Counted from the stretch's first letter, positions 44,780 through 54,605 are shown. The stretch is DNA of 64,000 bases from an uncultured Candidatus Saccharibacteria bacterium (GCA_964554805.1 CAZKPX010000001.1:381798-445797); one strand, 5' to 3'. Notes: generated by a model from the sequence alone, not told the origin. Numbers and translations are program-made.

Positions 44780-45893
44780 TAGCGTACAAATAGTAGGTAG
44801 GCTCTTGCATGTTAAAGCTGCTGAGAATAACCAGCTTAGAGCCATTTAGGTAGGTATACAAGGTGTCGCCAATCAAGGTGCCGCTAAACAATTGATGTTT
44901 ATTGCTACCATCCATAGCGATTGTGTTGACGGAGCCAGATGTAGCCTCAAGGTTATCTTTTTCAAGAATAATGAGGTGTTCGCTATCAGCGTACCAGCGA
45001 ACGGTAGCTAATGATTCTTTGGTATGAGTAAAGGATTGGTAAGACTTTTTTGTTTCCTTATTGTAGACCTGATATTGGTACTTGCCATCCACTTCGGTTT
45101 GATACAGGAATTTGAGATTGTCCGGAGACCATTGAATGGTAGCTTGATTATCCTGAATGGTTTGCTGGATGTCTTTCGGGAAGTTGGCCGTCAGCTCTTT
45201 AAAGTTTGTGTCGGATTCAGTTTGCCACTGAGCTTTGAGATCGTTGACTGTGTCAGGAATATGGCGAACTTGCATGGGGTTATCTATGCTGACGAGATAC
45301 GCGGTAAGAGGATTGGCGGGATCTAGGGTCATCAAGACATCTTTGCTGCTTGGCGACCACTGGAACTGAGCAGTTGAATATGGCAGATCGGTAGAGTCCT
45401 CGGCAACTTGAATTGGTTTGCGGCTAAGGTTGAATGGTTGACTGGATAGATCCAGGACCCATACGCCAGCAGAAGTGCCTGAGTTGACTGTATAGAGTAG
45501 TTTTTGCCCATCTGGCGAGAGTAGGGTGCGTTGAGCAGGAGTAGAGGTAATTGGCGCCAGGCTGGGATTAACAGGAACCATCAATGCTTTGACCGTTAGG
45601 ACTTTTTCTTGCTCAATTTTTACTTGATTAGTCCAATCAAAGTAGCCTTCTTTAGTAATGGTTAAGGAGTAGTCTCCCGGTTTTAAGGCGGATATGGTAG
45701 TGTTGGTTGCCCCTGTGACTTTGTCATCTAGTTTGACGGTAGCTCCATTTGGTGTTGATGTAACCACTAAGATGCCAGTGCCGTATATTTGATTGTTTTG
45801 AAACCGGAAGCCTAGAGCGTAAAAAATTACAACCGAGGCAACCAAAATGAAGGCGCTGAAACTGATAACAGAAATAATAGCTTTTTTGCTCAT
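44766..45893 (-). CDS. membrane-anchored surface protein with a PEGA domain and TolB-like beta-propeller repeats
   Basis: N-terminal transmembrane helix; PEGA-like VVTSTPNGATVKLDDKVTGATNTTISALKPGDYSLTITKEGY; repeated SPDGQKLLY and WSPDNLKFLY. Confidence 0.55.
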   Translation of the reverse strand: MSKKAIISVISFSAFILVASVVIFYALGFRFQNNQIYGTGILVVTSTPNGATVKLDDKVTGATNTTISALKPGDYSLTITKEGYFDWTNQVKIEQEKVLTVKALMVPVNPSLAPITSTPAQRTLLSPDGQKLLYTVNSGTSAGVWVLDLSSQPFNLSRKPIQVAEDSTDLPYSTAQFQWSPSSKDVLMTLDPANPLTAYLVSIDNPMQVRHIPDTVNDLKAQWQTESDTNFKELTANFPKDIQQTIQDNQATIQWSPDNLKFLYQTEVDGKYQYQVYNKETKKSYQSFTHTKESLATVRWYADSEHLIILEKDNLEATSGSVNTIAMDGSNKHQLFSGTLIGDTLYTYLNGSKLVILSSFNMQEPTYYLYAINLQ

Positions 45894-46028
45894 GGGGGTA
45901 TTTTAGCATATATAGGGTAAGAAAGAGATAATAGCTACGGGAGTGCTATAATGAAGCGAGAAAATATAGAAGTAGCAGTGATAGGTAATAATGAGTAGTA
46001 CTCATATACATACTAAAAGGGTTTTTAT

Positions 46029-47069
46029 TTGATATCTTTACCAGGTTTTTCAAAACGTAAGTTCACCGTTAAGCGATTGGCAATTGACTTGGGCACAGCC
46101 AACACTCTGATGTATTTGGAAGGAGTGGGGGTAGTGTTGAATGAGCCGACTGTGGTCGCTTTGTCGGCTGAAGACGGCAAAATAATGGCAATTGGAGCTG
46201 AGGCCAGAGACATGCTGGGTCGAACACCTCAAGATATTGTAGCCTCTCGACCATTGAAGGAAGGGGTGGTGGCGGACTACGAGAGAACCGAGTCAATGAT
46301 TCGCTATTTTATGAAGAAGATAATGGATGAACATCACTTGAGTAAAGTGGAGGTTCTGGCTTGTGTGCCGTCCGGCGCAACTAGTATTGAGCGTCGGGCA
46401 GTCTTGGAAGCTGTGCTTGCTGCCGGAGCCAAGAATGCGTATCTTCTTGAAGAATCGGTAGCCGCCGCAATTGGGGCCAATGTGCCGATAGGAAGCACTG
46501 AAGGAAATATGATTGTTGATCTGGGTGGTGGGACCACAGAAATTGCAGTAATCTGCTTGGGCGGAATTGTGGTCCATGACACGGTCCGGGTGGGTGGTTA
46601 TCATATGGATGAGGCTATTAACTCATTTATTCGTCGAAAGCATAATTTGCTGGTGGGGGAGCGGATGGCTGAAGAGGTTAAATTGCAGTTGGCCGCTGCT
46701 TTGGCTAACAAGCAGAATGATGCGACTTTTGAGGTTAAGGGTCGAAACACGATAGATGGTCTGCCAAATGCAATCACAGTGTCCAGTGATGACATTTTTG
46801 AGTCTATTCGACCACTGCTTGAACAAATTATTACCAGTATAAAGAATGTTCTTGAACAAACGCCTCCGGAATTGGCAAGTGATATTATAGATAGAGGTAT
46901 TGTCCTTTCGGGTGGCGGAGCAGCCTTGCCGTACTTTGATCGACTTATCAGTGTCAAGACTGGTGTGCCAGTTCACGTAGCGGATGAGCCATTATTGTGC
47001 GTGGTTAAGGGGGCCGGCAAAGTGGTTGATCAATTTGCGACGTTTGCTAAGCATCTTAGAAAATATTAG
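46029..47069 (+). CDS. mreB: rod-shape determining protein MreB (actin homolog)
   Basis: AIDLGTANTLMY, EPTVVAL and DLGGGTTEIAV; TTG start as in the track. Confidence 0.9.
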   Translation: MISLPGFSKRKFTVKRLAIDLGTANTLMYLEGVGVVLNEPTVVALSAEDGKIMAIGAEARDMLGRTPQDIVASRPLKEGVVADYERTESMIRYFMKKIMDEHHLSKVEVLACVPSGATSIERRAVLEAVLAAGAKNAYLLEESVAAAIGANVPIGSTEGNMIVDLGGGTTEIAVICLGGIVVHDTVRVGGYHMDEAINSFIRRKHNLLVGERMAEEVKLQLAAALANKQNDATFEVKGRNTIDGLPNAITVSSDDIFESIRPLLEQIITSIKNVLEQTPPELASDIIDRGIVLSGGGAALPYFDRLISVKTGVPVHVADEPLLCVVKGAGKVVDQFATFAKHLRKY

Positions 47070-47070
47070 A

Positions 47071-47178
47071 AATCAAAGGTAAAAAGGCAAAGGGCAAAAA
47101 TTAAAGTGTAAAATCAAAGATAGTATGCATTCCTTTTTACTTTTAACTTTAATTTTTGCCCTTTGCCTTTCGACTTAT
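47071..47178. repeat. Family A palindromic element, copy A3 (short form: arms back to back)
   Basis: aaaggcaaagggcaaaaattaaagtgtaaaatcaaag ... cttttaacttttaatttttgccctttgccttt. Confidence 0.85.
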
Positions 47179-47195
47179 GATTTTGGAGTTCCCCT

Positions 47196-48305
47196 ATGAT
47201 TATTGGATATGACGGTTCTCGGATAAGTGTCGCTCAGCGGACTGGTACCGAGCAGTATTCTTACTTGTTGTTAGAGCAACTGATTAAACTGCCTGGGGAT
47301 GATATATTTCGTGTTTACACGCGGGAGAAGATTGAAGATCCAATCTTTGAGCATCCAAGAGTAGAGCAGCGCGTGATCGGTTGGAAGCGGCTGTGGACTC
47401 AAGGTGGGCTGGCGCTTGAACTATGGAAGAGTCGTCCGGATGTGCTATTTATACCGGCTCACACCTTGCCAGCCTTGAGACCTTTTGGGATAAACAGCGT
47501 GGTGACTATTCATGATCTGGGTTATGAGTACTTGCCGCAGTACCATCAATTCCCCCATAAGCTTTACCTTAATAAATCAACTGAGTATGCAGCATGGCAG
47601 GCCGGTCGTTTAATCGCGGTGTCTGAGTTTACTAAGCTTGATTTGCACAAGAAACTAGGGGCGTCGGTAGATAAGATTCGGGTTGTTTATGAGGGGGTGG
47701 ATACGCAGCGATTTGCCAGAGTTTCTGAAAAGGATGAGCAAGCGGCTCGGCAGAAGTATGGTTTAGCCAAGGATTATATTTTATTTGTGGGAACGGTTCA
47801 GCCTCGTAAAAATTTGGTCAGGCTGATTGAAGCTTTTTCCTGTCTAAAAGATAAAGATATAGAGCTGGTGATTGCCGGCGGCAAGGGGTGGATGAGTGAT
47901 GATATCTATGCTGCGCCTACTCGCTATGGCGTTGAGGAGCGAGTTAAGTTTTTGGGGTATATTGACGAGGAAGACAAGCCGGGCCTGTATGCGGCTGCTA
48001 GAGTGACGGCTTTGGTGTCGTTGTTTGAAGGGTTTGGATTGCCGGCTATAGAATCAATGGCTAGCGGAACACCGGTTGTGGCAGCTAATAATTCGTCATT
48101 ACCCGAAGTAGTCGGCGAGGCTGGTATCTTGGTCGAGGCTGAATCGGTGGATAGTATTCGCCAAGGCTTGCAGACTGCTGCTAGCGATGAGTCTGTGAGG
48201 CAGCGTTTGATTAAGAATGGTTATGAGCAGGCTGGCAAATTCCGCTGGGATCGTGCTGCTGAAGAGACGATGGCTGTTTTTAAAGAATTGGTGGGTGAGG
48301 AGTAG
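47196..48305 (+). CDS. GT4 glycosyltransferase (glycosyl transferases group 1)
   Basis: EGFGLPAIESMASGTPVVAANNSSLPEVVG, a GT4 E-x7-E-type C-terminal domain. Confidence 0.8.
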   Translation: MIIGYDGSRISVAQRTGTEQYSYLLLEQLIKLPGDDIFRVYTREKIEDPIFEHPRVEQRVIGWKRLWTQGGLALELWKSRPDVLFIPAHTLPALRPFGINSVVTIHDLGYEYLPQYHQFPHKLYLNKSTEYAAWQAGRLIAVSEFTKLDLHKKLGASVDKIRVVYEGVDTQRFARVSEKDEQAARQKYGLAKDYILFVGTVQPRKNLVRLIEAFSCLKDKDIELVIAGGKGWMSDDIYAAPTRYGVEERVKFLGYIDEEDKPGLYAAARVTALVSLFEGFGLPAIESMASGTPVVAANNSSLPEVVGEAGILVEAESVDSIRQGLQTAASDESVRQRLIKNGYEQAGKFRWDRAAEETMAVFKELVGEE

Positions 48306-48306
48306 T

Positions 48307-49149
48307 ATGAAACATATTGAATCAATTAGTATCCTTGGCGTGCGTATTGATGTGGTGACACGACAAGAAGCACTGGCTATTATCGATGAGGTTTTGTCTA
48401 GTAAACATGAGCGCTTGGCTATTGCCACGGTAAATCCGGAATTTATTATCGAAGCGAGGCAAAATAAAATGTTTGCTGAGGCTTTGGCCAATAGCGGACT
48501 AGCAGTGGTGGATGGAGTAGGAATACTGTGGGCGGGCAGAGTTGTCAACTATAGAAGTCGACTGCCAAAAGGGGGCTGGCGATTACTGGAAATCTTGGGC
48601 GTGGGGGGCTGGATGGGTCTAACTACTTTATTCAGCAAGAGGAGCAGATTCTCAGCTTTCCCAGAGAAAATAAGCGGATCAGACTTTAGCATTGACTTGT
48701 CTCGATTGCTAGCATCCCGTTCAAAATCATTATTCTTGCTTGGTGAGAAACCAGGCATAGCGGAAAAGGCAGCAGCTGTATTGCAGTCAGAAATATCAGG
48801 CCTGCACATCGCCGGCTATTTTGCAGGGGATGGTAGCGAGGCGGGTGATCAAGAAAATCTCCAGCTACTTAGTCAGCAGCCAAGCGATGCTCTGTTGGTG
48901 GCCTACGGAGCTCCTAAGCAGGATATATGGATCGATCGGAACTTGTCCAAGATTCCAGCTCGGGTGGCCATGGGGGTGGGCGGAACCTTTTTGTTTTTGG
49001 CAGGAGAGGTTAAACGCGCCCCGCGATGGATGCAGGATATCGGTATTGAATGGTTGTATAGATTGATTACTCAACCATGGCGTTGGCGTCGACAAATGGC
49101 TTTGCCGCGGTTTATTTGGGCTGTTTTGTGGGATAAAGCTAAACAATAA
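48307..49149 (+). CDS. WecB/TagA/CpsF-family glycosyltransferase
   Basis: MKHIESISILGVRIDVV...VATVNPEFII...AVVDGVGILWAG; start overlaps the GT4 stop. Confidence 0.75.
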   Translation: MKHIESISILGVRIDVVTRQEALAIIDEVLSSKHERLAIATVNPEFIIEARQNKMFAEALANSGLAVVDGVGILWAGRVVNYRSRLPKGGWRLLEILGVGGWMGLTTLFSKRSRFSAFPEKISGSDFSIDLSRLLASRSKSLFLLGEKPGIAEKAAAVLQSEISGLHIAGYFAGDGSEAGDQENLQLLSQQPSDALLVAYGAPKQDIWIDRNLSKIPARVAMGVGGTFLFLAGEVKRAPRWMQDIGIEWLYRLITQPWRWRRQMALPRFIWAVLWDKAKQ

Positions 49150-49318
49150 CTTAGTCAGAGAAGTAACAGTAAAAGAAAAAGAAGAAGAGTCTGGTTGTAT
49201 AAATTGATTGAGTAATAGTGGGATGGGTTGTTTTTCGGTGCATTTCGTTTGGGCTACTTATATAATTGTTTAGCTATACGCACAGGCAATTTTGAGGCTT
49301 TTCTGTTATAATGCGATT

Positions 49319-50896
49319 ATGGCTAAGAAACGTACTCCCTCAATTCCTCAAGATAAAAAGTTGAAAATTCTATTTGTGTCGCCTGAAGTGGCGCCTTATT
49401 CAAAAGTCGGTGGTTTGGCGGATGTGGTGTGGGCTCTGCCGCGGGCTTTACGAGAAATGGGGCATGATGTGCGGATCTTTTCGCCAAAGTTTGGGGCGAT
49501 AGATGAAAGTAAATATTCACTTGAAACCATCATGACTGACCTAAAAGTATCGGGTGGTGAAGAAGAGATTTTGAATTGTAATGTAAAGTTGGGCTATATT
49601 CCTGATGATATTCCGGTATATCTGTTGGAGAATCAAGAATATTACGAGATTCGGGCCAATGTTTATGGCTACGCAGATGATACTCGTCGCTGGTTCTTGC
49701 TGTGTCGAGGTGCTCTGGAATTTTTGAGACAGTTTGACTGGAAGCCAGATGTTATTCATACCAATGACTGGGCAACTGGCTTTGTGGCCAATGATTTGGC
49801 GACTATATATAAAAATGACGCCAAGATTAATTCTATTGCGACAGTATTTTCTATTCATAATATAGAGCATCAGGGAACGTTTGAACCTCGGTCGGTGCCT
49901 GAGATGGAGAAGGACGATGGCCATAGTCCGTTGCCCAGCTTGATGTCTCATAAGGCTTTGAAATTGAACGGTATGCGGCGGGGCATTATCTACTCTGATG
50001 TGATTACGACGGTATCTGAGACCTATGCTCGAGAGATTTTGACGGTAGAGCACGGTGCTGGATTGGACCGGCTGTTGAGGGAACTGCGGACAAAATTGTT
50101 TGGGGTATTGAATGGTCTGGATGCTCGAGTTTTTGATCCAAACAAAGATCCAGACATTTGGTTTAACTATGATGTAGAGGAGCTGGAAAAGAAAGGTGCT
50201 AACAAGCTGGCTTTTCAGAAAGAGTTTGGTCTAGATCAGGATCTTGATGTGCCGGTAGTTGGCTTTGTGGGGCGATTTTTTGAGCAAAAAGGCTTATCCA
50301 TTCTGATGGAAGCTATTGAGAAATTGCTACCAGTGATGGACTTCCAGTTTATCTTTGTTGGATCAGGAGAGTCGCACACTGAAGCAGCTTTGGAGCGACT
50401 GATGCGGGCTCATCCTGGTCGAGTTGGTGGTCACTTGATGATTTCTAAGATTATAGGCCAACAGATTTATGCAGCTAGTGATATATTTTTGTATCCATCG
50501 AAGTTTGAGCCATGTGGTCTGGCTCAGTTGATTGCTATGCGCTATGGATCTATTCCGATAGTTCGTCGAACAGGGGGCTTGGCTGATACAGTTAGTGCCT
50601 ATGACCCAGAGTCTAATAGTGGTACGGGTTTTATCTTTAACGAATACGACGCCACTAGCTTGATCATTCAAATTGTCAGGGCGATTGAAGCCCATCGACA
50701 TAAGTCTAGCTGGCAAGCTCTGATGCGTCGAGCTATGAAGGAAGACTTTTCCTGGGGACACTCGGCTGAAAAGTACGAGCAGCTGTATCATAAAGCTATT
50801 TTGAAGCGCCGACAGTGGTTGAAGAAGGAGGGCTTGATCATGGCCGATGCGCCGACTGAAGTGCCTGGGCCGCTGACTATCTCGCCTCTCGGTTAA
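49319..50896 (+). CDS. glgA: GT5 glycogen/starch synthase family protein, paralog 1
   Basis: KVGGLADVV (KxGGL motif) near the N-terminus; 526 aa. Confidence 0.75.
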   Translation: MAKKRTPSIPQDKKLKILFVSPEVAPYSKVGGLADVVWALPRALREMGHDVRIFSPKFGAIDESKYSLETIMTDLKVSGGEEEILNCNVKLGYIPDDIPVYLLENQEYYEIRANVYGYADDTRRWFLLCRGALEFLRQFDWKPDVIHTNDWATGFVANDLATIYKNDAKINSIATVFSIHNIEHQGTFEPRSVPEMEKDDGHSPLPSLMSHKALKLNGMRRGIIYSDVITTVSETYAREILTVEHGAGLDRLLRELRTKLFGVLNGLDARVFDPNKDPDIWFNYDVEELEKKGANKLAFQKEFGLDQDLDVPVVGFVGRFFEQKGLSILMEAIEKLLPVMDFQFIFVGSGESHTEAALERLMRAHPGRVGGHLMISKIIGQQIYAASDIFLYPSKFEPCGLAQLIAMRYGSIPIVRRTGGLADTVSAYDPESNSGTGFIFNEYDATSLIIQIVRAIEAHRHKSSWQALMRRAMKEDFSWGHSAEKYEQLYHKAILKRRQWLKKEGLIMADAPTEVPGPLTISPLG

Positions 50897-50900
50897 TTTT

Positions 50901-50948
50901 CCACCAAGGGTGGTAAATTAGCGACGGGCGACGAGCGACGGGCGACGG
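50901..50948 (+). repeat. hairpin ccaccaagggtgg followed by the (GCGACGR)x4 heptamer microsatellite
   Basis: ttttccaccaagggtggtaaattagcgacgggcgacgagcgacgggcgacgggg. Confidence 0.75.
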
Positions 50949-51082
50949 GGACAAATCTAGCTACAGGGACTCTAGCATTATCATAGCTCTGTATGGAGTG
51001 TTTAAAATCTGGTGCTGGCTCGTCGCACTGACTAGAAGGAAGCGAGTGACAGGCAAGCGTTATGTGTGTAGAATTGGATTGT

Positions 51083-52495
51083 ATGAAGATTTTGTTTGTG
51101 GCTTCTGAGGTTACTCCTCTTATTAAATCTGGCGGTTTGGCTGATGTTGTGGGCGGCTTGCCGTTGGCATTGGCAAAACAAGGACACGATGTGCGAGTGG
51201 CGATTCCGGCTTATCACGGCATCGATAAGGAGCAGCTTGGTGTACGATTGGTGGCTGAGAATGATTTTCAGGCGGGGAATCAGGCAGTCTCTAGTAAGGT
51301 GTTTGAAGGCTCATTGGCTGGATCGGTGGGGCTGTATTTGGTTGAGTTTGAGCCAGGCTTGGCCCGGCCAGCCTTGTATCCTAGAGTAGAAGATGGTGAT
51401 CAAGATAGATTTGTCATATTTGGATTGACAGTTTTGGAATGGCTGAGGGAGTCGCAGTGGCAGCCGCATTTAATACACGGCCATGACTGGATGACTGGCT
51501 CGTTGATGGCTGAAATAAAACACAGACGCTTGCCGTACGGGACGGTTTTAACAGTCCATAATGGTGCTTATCAGGGGTTGGTAGCTGGAAGCATATGTCA
51601 GTCGCTAGGCCTGGACTATGATCAAGACGAGTCAGGCATGGTTAATCTTCTGCAGGTGGGTTTGGAGCAGGTTGATCGAATAACAACGGTTAGCCAGACG
51701 TACGCTAGGGAGCTGATTGAGTTGGGTGGAGGGCATGGTCTTGAGGCAACGTATAGAAGTAGGCAGGTCGATACAGTTGGGATTATCAATGGTATCGATA
51801 GCGAGCGCTTTAATCCTTGGCATAATCCGTATGTTCAGCCTGGATATAATGCACGGACTGTCGACAAAGCGAAGCAGCAGCATAAGCATTTGCTTCAGAT
51901 TGAGTTTGGATTGCCAGCCAAGCGCGATTTGCCTTTGTTTGGTATGGTAGGCAGAGCTACTCCTGACAAAGGGTTTGATTTAATTGCTGAGGTGATCTCA
52001 TCCACGCCTTTGCTGGAGCAGGCTCAGGTGGTAATTCTGGCATCGCCTGAGGTTGAAACGGTGGAAAAGGATTTGAAGCATCTGGTTAAAAAGTATCCTC
52101 AGAACTTGCACATCTCGGTTGGCTTTGATGAAGCTATGGCTCATCGGATGTATGCGGCGTGTGATTTTTTTATTATGCCGTCTCGGCGAGAGCCTTGCGG
52201 CCTGGTTCAGCTGATTGCCATGAAGTATGGGGCAATACCGATTGTTCATAAAACCGGGGGGCTGGCTGATACGGTGGTTGATATTCGAGATGGCGATAAA
52301 GGCACAGGTATCGTTTTTAGTGATTATGCAGCGCAAGGTTTGGGGAATGCTCTGGGAAGATCAATGGGTCTATATTACGATCACTTGAGGATGCCTGGTA
52401 TGGTTAAAAGAGTGATGAAGCAGGATTGGTCTTGGGATAGGACAGTAGGGGAATATGAAGCGGTGTATGAGTCTTTGGTGAGAAAAGAGGAGTAG
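51083..52495 (+). CDS. glgA: GT5 glycogen/starch synthase family protein, paralog 2
   Basis: IKSGGLADVV KxGGL motif; 470 aa; in tandem with paralog 1. Confidence 0.75.
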   Translation: MKILFVASEVTPLIKSGGLADVVGGLPLALAKQGHDVRVAIPAYHGIDKEQLGVRLVAENDFQAGNQAVSSKVFEGSLAGSVGLYLVEFEPGLARPALYPRVEDGDQDRFVIFGLTVLEWLRESQWQPHLIHGHDWMTGSLMAEIKHRRLPYGTVLTVHNGAYQGLVAGSICQSLGLDYDQDESGMVNLLQVGLEQVDRITTVSQTYARELIELGGGHGLEATYRSRQVDTVGIINGIDSERFNPWHNPYVQPGYNARTVDKAKQQHKHLLQIEFGLPAKRDLPLFGMVGRATPDKGFDLIAEVISSTPLLEQAQVVILASPEVETVEKDLKHLVKKYPQNLHISVGFDEAMAHRMYAACDFFIMPSRREPCGLVQLIAMKYGAIPIVHKTGGLADTVVDIRDGDKGTGIVFSDYAAQGLGNALGRSMGLYYDHLRMPGMVKRVMKQDWSWDRTVGEYEAVYESLVRKEE

Positions 52496-52958
52496 GGCAA
52501 AAAAGGCAAAAGGCAAAGGGCAAAAAAGGCAAAGGGCAAAGGGCAAAGGGCAAAAATTAAAGTTAAAAATATAAAGTGGTGGAATTGTCTTTTGTCTCTT
52601 GAATTTTGATATATAACCTCGGGATTCATTTGTTTCACATCAAGTGCTGGTCTCTGAATCCCCGCAGCCGAGTTGGCTGCATCAATTGCAGGGGGGGGGT
52701 GTCATTATGTTTGTCCTGGATTGCCACTCCGCCAGTCGGCGGCTCGCAATGACATGGGGGAGGTGTCGCTATGTTTGTCCTGGATTGCCGCTCCGCCAGC
52801 TGGCGGATCGCAATGACATGAGGGGGGGGTGATAGTTGGATTGGGCGTGCGGAGTTTATCCTGATCCAATCGGGGCTCGCCATGACGGCGAGGATTGTAA
52901 GTAATCTTTGATTTTTAACTTTAATTTTTGCCCTTTGCCCTTTACCTTTTGACTTACT
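52496..52958. mobile_element. Family A element, long form: Family A terminal inverted repeats flanking a 330-bp cargo
   Basis: Left arm ggcaaagggcaaagggcaaaaattaaagttaaaaatataaag (52496-52575); right arm ctttgatttttaactttaatttttgccctttgcc (52908-52958); the arms are reverse complements and match copies A1-A3. Confidence 0.7.
52701..52895 (+). repeat. tandem 65-nt units (two intact, one degenerate), each a hairpin-containing module ending in a G-run
   Basis: Unit gtcattatgtttgtcctggattgccactccgccagtcggcggctcgcaatgacatggggg repeats at 52701-52764 and 52765-52830; ccgccag-nn-ggcgg hairpin; G-runs of 9 at 52691-52699 and 8 at 52822-52829. Confidence 0.75.
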
Positions 52959-53076
52959 ATGAAGATATTCATCCGCAAGATCTTTGTGGTATCCGTATCA
53001 TTAAGATAGCCAAAGTCATACATAGATATCTTATGATATAGTTTATTTTCTATAAATATGCTGTCATACTTATGTT

Positions 53077-54036
53077 ATGGAAATACGACTAGATCCGGTG
53101 ACTGGACAACCTGTTTTGTTGGCGACTGAGCGCAGCAAGAGACCTCACTTTGGGAAATCTAAAATTGGTTTGCGGCCGAAGTTGGATAAGCATAGACTGC
53201 AGGATGGAGCTTTGAAAAAGGTTAATCCGTTTGCTCCCGGCAATGAAGAAATCACTGGCTCAGAGGTGTATTCGGTTAGCGATAATCCAAGACATTTGCC
53301 TAATCAGTCGGATTGGAAGATACGGGTCATACCTAATAAATACCCGATCGGCAAGCATCATGAAGTAATCATCCACAGTCCTTCGTCGAACCTAGATTTG
53401 GATAGGTTGAGCATGAAGCAGGTCGAGCGTTTAGTGGGGACGTACGTCATTAGGTCTAAATTTTTATCAGATAAGGGCCAAGTGTTTTTGTTTTGTAATC
53501 ACGGAGATGAGGCGGGTGCGTCTATTGATCACCCTCATAGCCAGATCTTGGCTTTGCCTACGCTGCCACCGGCTATTTTGGCAAAAGTGGAGGCGGTTAA
53601 GAACTACTATGACCAAGAGGGACAATGTCTGTATTGTCAGCTCATTGAGAGGGAGCTGGAAATAGGGCGGCGAGTGGTATGGCAAAATGATGATTTTGTG
53701 TTGATGTGCCCTGAAGCTTCTGGTTGGCCGTATCAACTACAATTATTGCCTAAAATTCACCAATCGCATTTGGTTTCAGTAAATAAAGCTGGGCAGCAGT
53801 CGTCGCTGGCAGAAGCTTTGAGGGTGATGGTTAGGCTTTATAATCGGGTGCTGGATAAGCCTTCGTATAATTTTTGGTTCAATACAGTTAAAGGGCAGTT
53901 TTTTCACTGGCATATTGATATGGTGCCTCGGGCTAAGGTGTTGGCTGGGTTAGAGCTAGGAGCGGGCTTGATGGTCAATGATCGTCTTAGTCCTGAGGAG
54001 GCAGCCAAGGTATTTCGACTTAGTCTAAACGCTTAG
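53077..54036 (+). CDS. galT: galactose-1-phosphate uridylyltransferase (GalT) family nucleotidyltransferase
   Basis: N-terminal DPVTGQPVLLATERSKRPH and active-site HPHSQI (H-x-H-x-Q); CLYCQ zinc site. Confidence 0.7.
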   Translation: MEIRLDPVTGQPVLLATERSKRPHFGKSKIGLRPKLDKHRLQDGALKKVNPFAPGNEEITGSEVYSVSDNPRHLPNQSDWKIRVIPNKYPIGKHHEVIIHSPSSNLDLDRLSMKQVERLVGTYVIRSKFLSDKGQVFLFCNHGDEAGASIDHPHSQILALPTLPPAILAKVEAVKNYYDQEGQCLYCQLIERELEIGRRVVWQNDDFVLMCPEASGWPYQLQLLPKIHQSHLVSVNKAGQQSSLAEALRVMVRLYNRVLDKPSYNFWFNTVKGQFFHWHIDMVPRAKVLAGLELGAGLMVNDRLSPEEAAKVFRLSLNA

Positions 54037-54296
54037 TTTTGGGTGTTTGAAGGCGATAAGACAAAAGATGATAGACAGCAGCTGGACTGAAGTGATACAC
54101 TTTTATATAGAATGAGATGGTAATGGGGTTGATTTTAGAGCTTCTGTATTTAAGCGCTCCTGGCCGTTTTGATCCTGTGGTGCGGTCTGGGTGTGAGTTG
54201 CCCTGCGTCAGGATGGTTGGGACTATGTTGGTCAGCAATAATGAATTAATCGCGTACTCGCCGCTTGTGTTTGTGGCGCGACTGAAAGGACTTAGT

Positions 54297-54488
54297 ATGG
54301 CATTGGGTGATGAATTACCAGATTTGTTAACAGTTAGAGAAGCTGCAGAATTTTTGCGAGTGACACCGTTGACAATTAAGCGGTGGGGCAAAAAGGGTAA
54401 GCTGCAGCCGATTAGAATTAACTCGCGAGGGGATCGGCGGTATACCAAGGAACAGGTGCTGTGGTTGGTGGGGAAGAGTCCGGACTAG
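54297..54488 (+). CDS. small helix-turn-helix DNA-binding protein (excisionase/MerR-like)
   Basis: MALGDELPDLLTVREAAEFLRVTPLTIKRWGKKGKLQPIRINSRGDRRYTKEQV has the LT-x-x-E-x-A-x-x-L-x-V-x-x-x-T helix-turn-helix pattern; internal ATG of track ORF 54117-54488. Confidence 0.5.
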   Translation: MALGDELPDLLTVREAAEFLRVTPLTIKRWGKKGKLQPIRINSRGDRRYTKEQVLWLVGKSPD

Positions 54489-54500
54489 ATGTGTATAGGG

Positions 54501-54577
54501 GCAGTCCTGGGTGCTATTTTTTAAGAATTTGAGGCCCCGTTGGAAATAAATTCATAAAAAATAGCATCCAGGACTGC
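54501..54577. promoter_or_regulatory. 21-bp imperfect inverted repeat with a 32-nt spacer
   Basis: gcagtcctgggtgctatttttt ... aaaaaatagcatccaggactgc; sits between the helix-turn-helix gene and the giant gene. Confidence 0.4.
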
Positions 54578-54605
54578 TGGGCAGTAAGGGTTGATATAAG
54601 ATGTT

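Noticed and set aside
52560-52900. Tandem 65-nt repeats considered as a CRISPR array
   Set aside because: The units are contiguous with no unique spacers, there are only two to three units with a degenerate third, and no cas genes lie nearby. I interpret it as the tandem-repeat cargo of the Family A long form.
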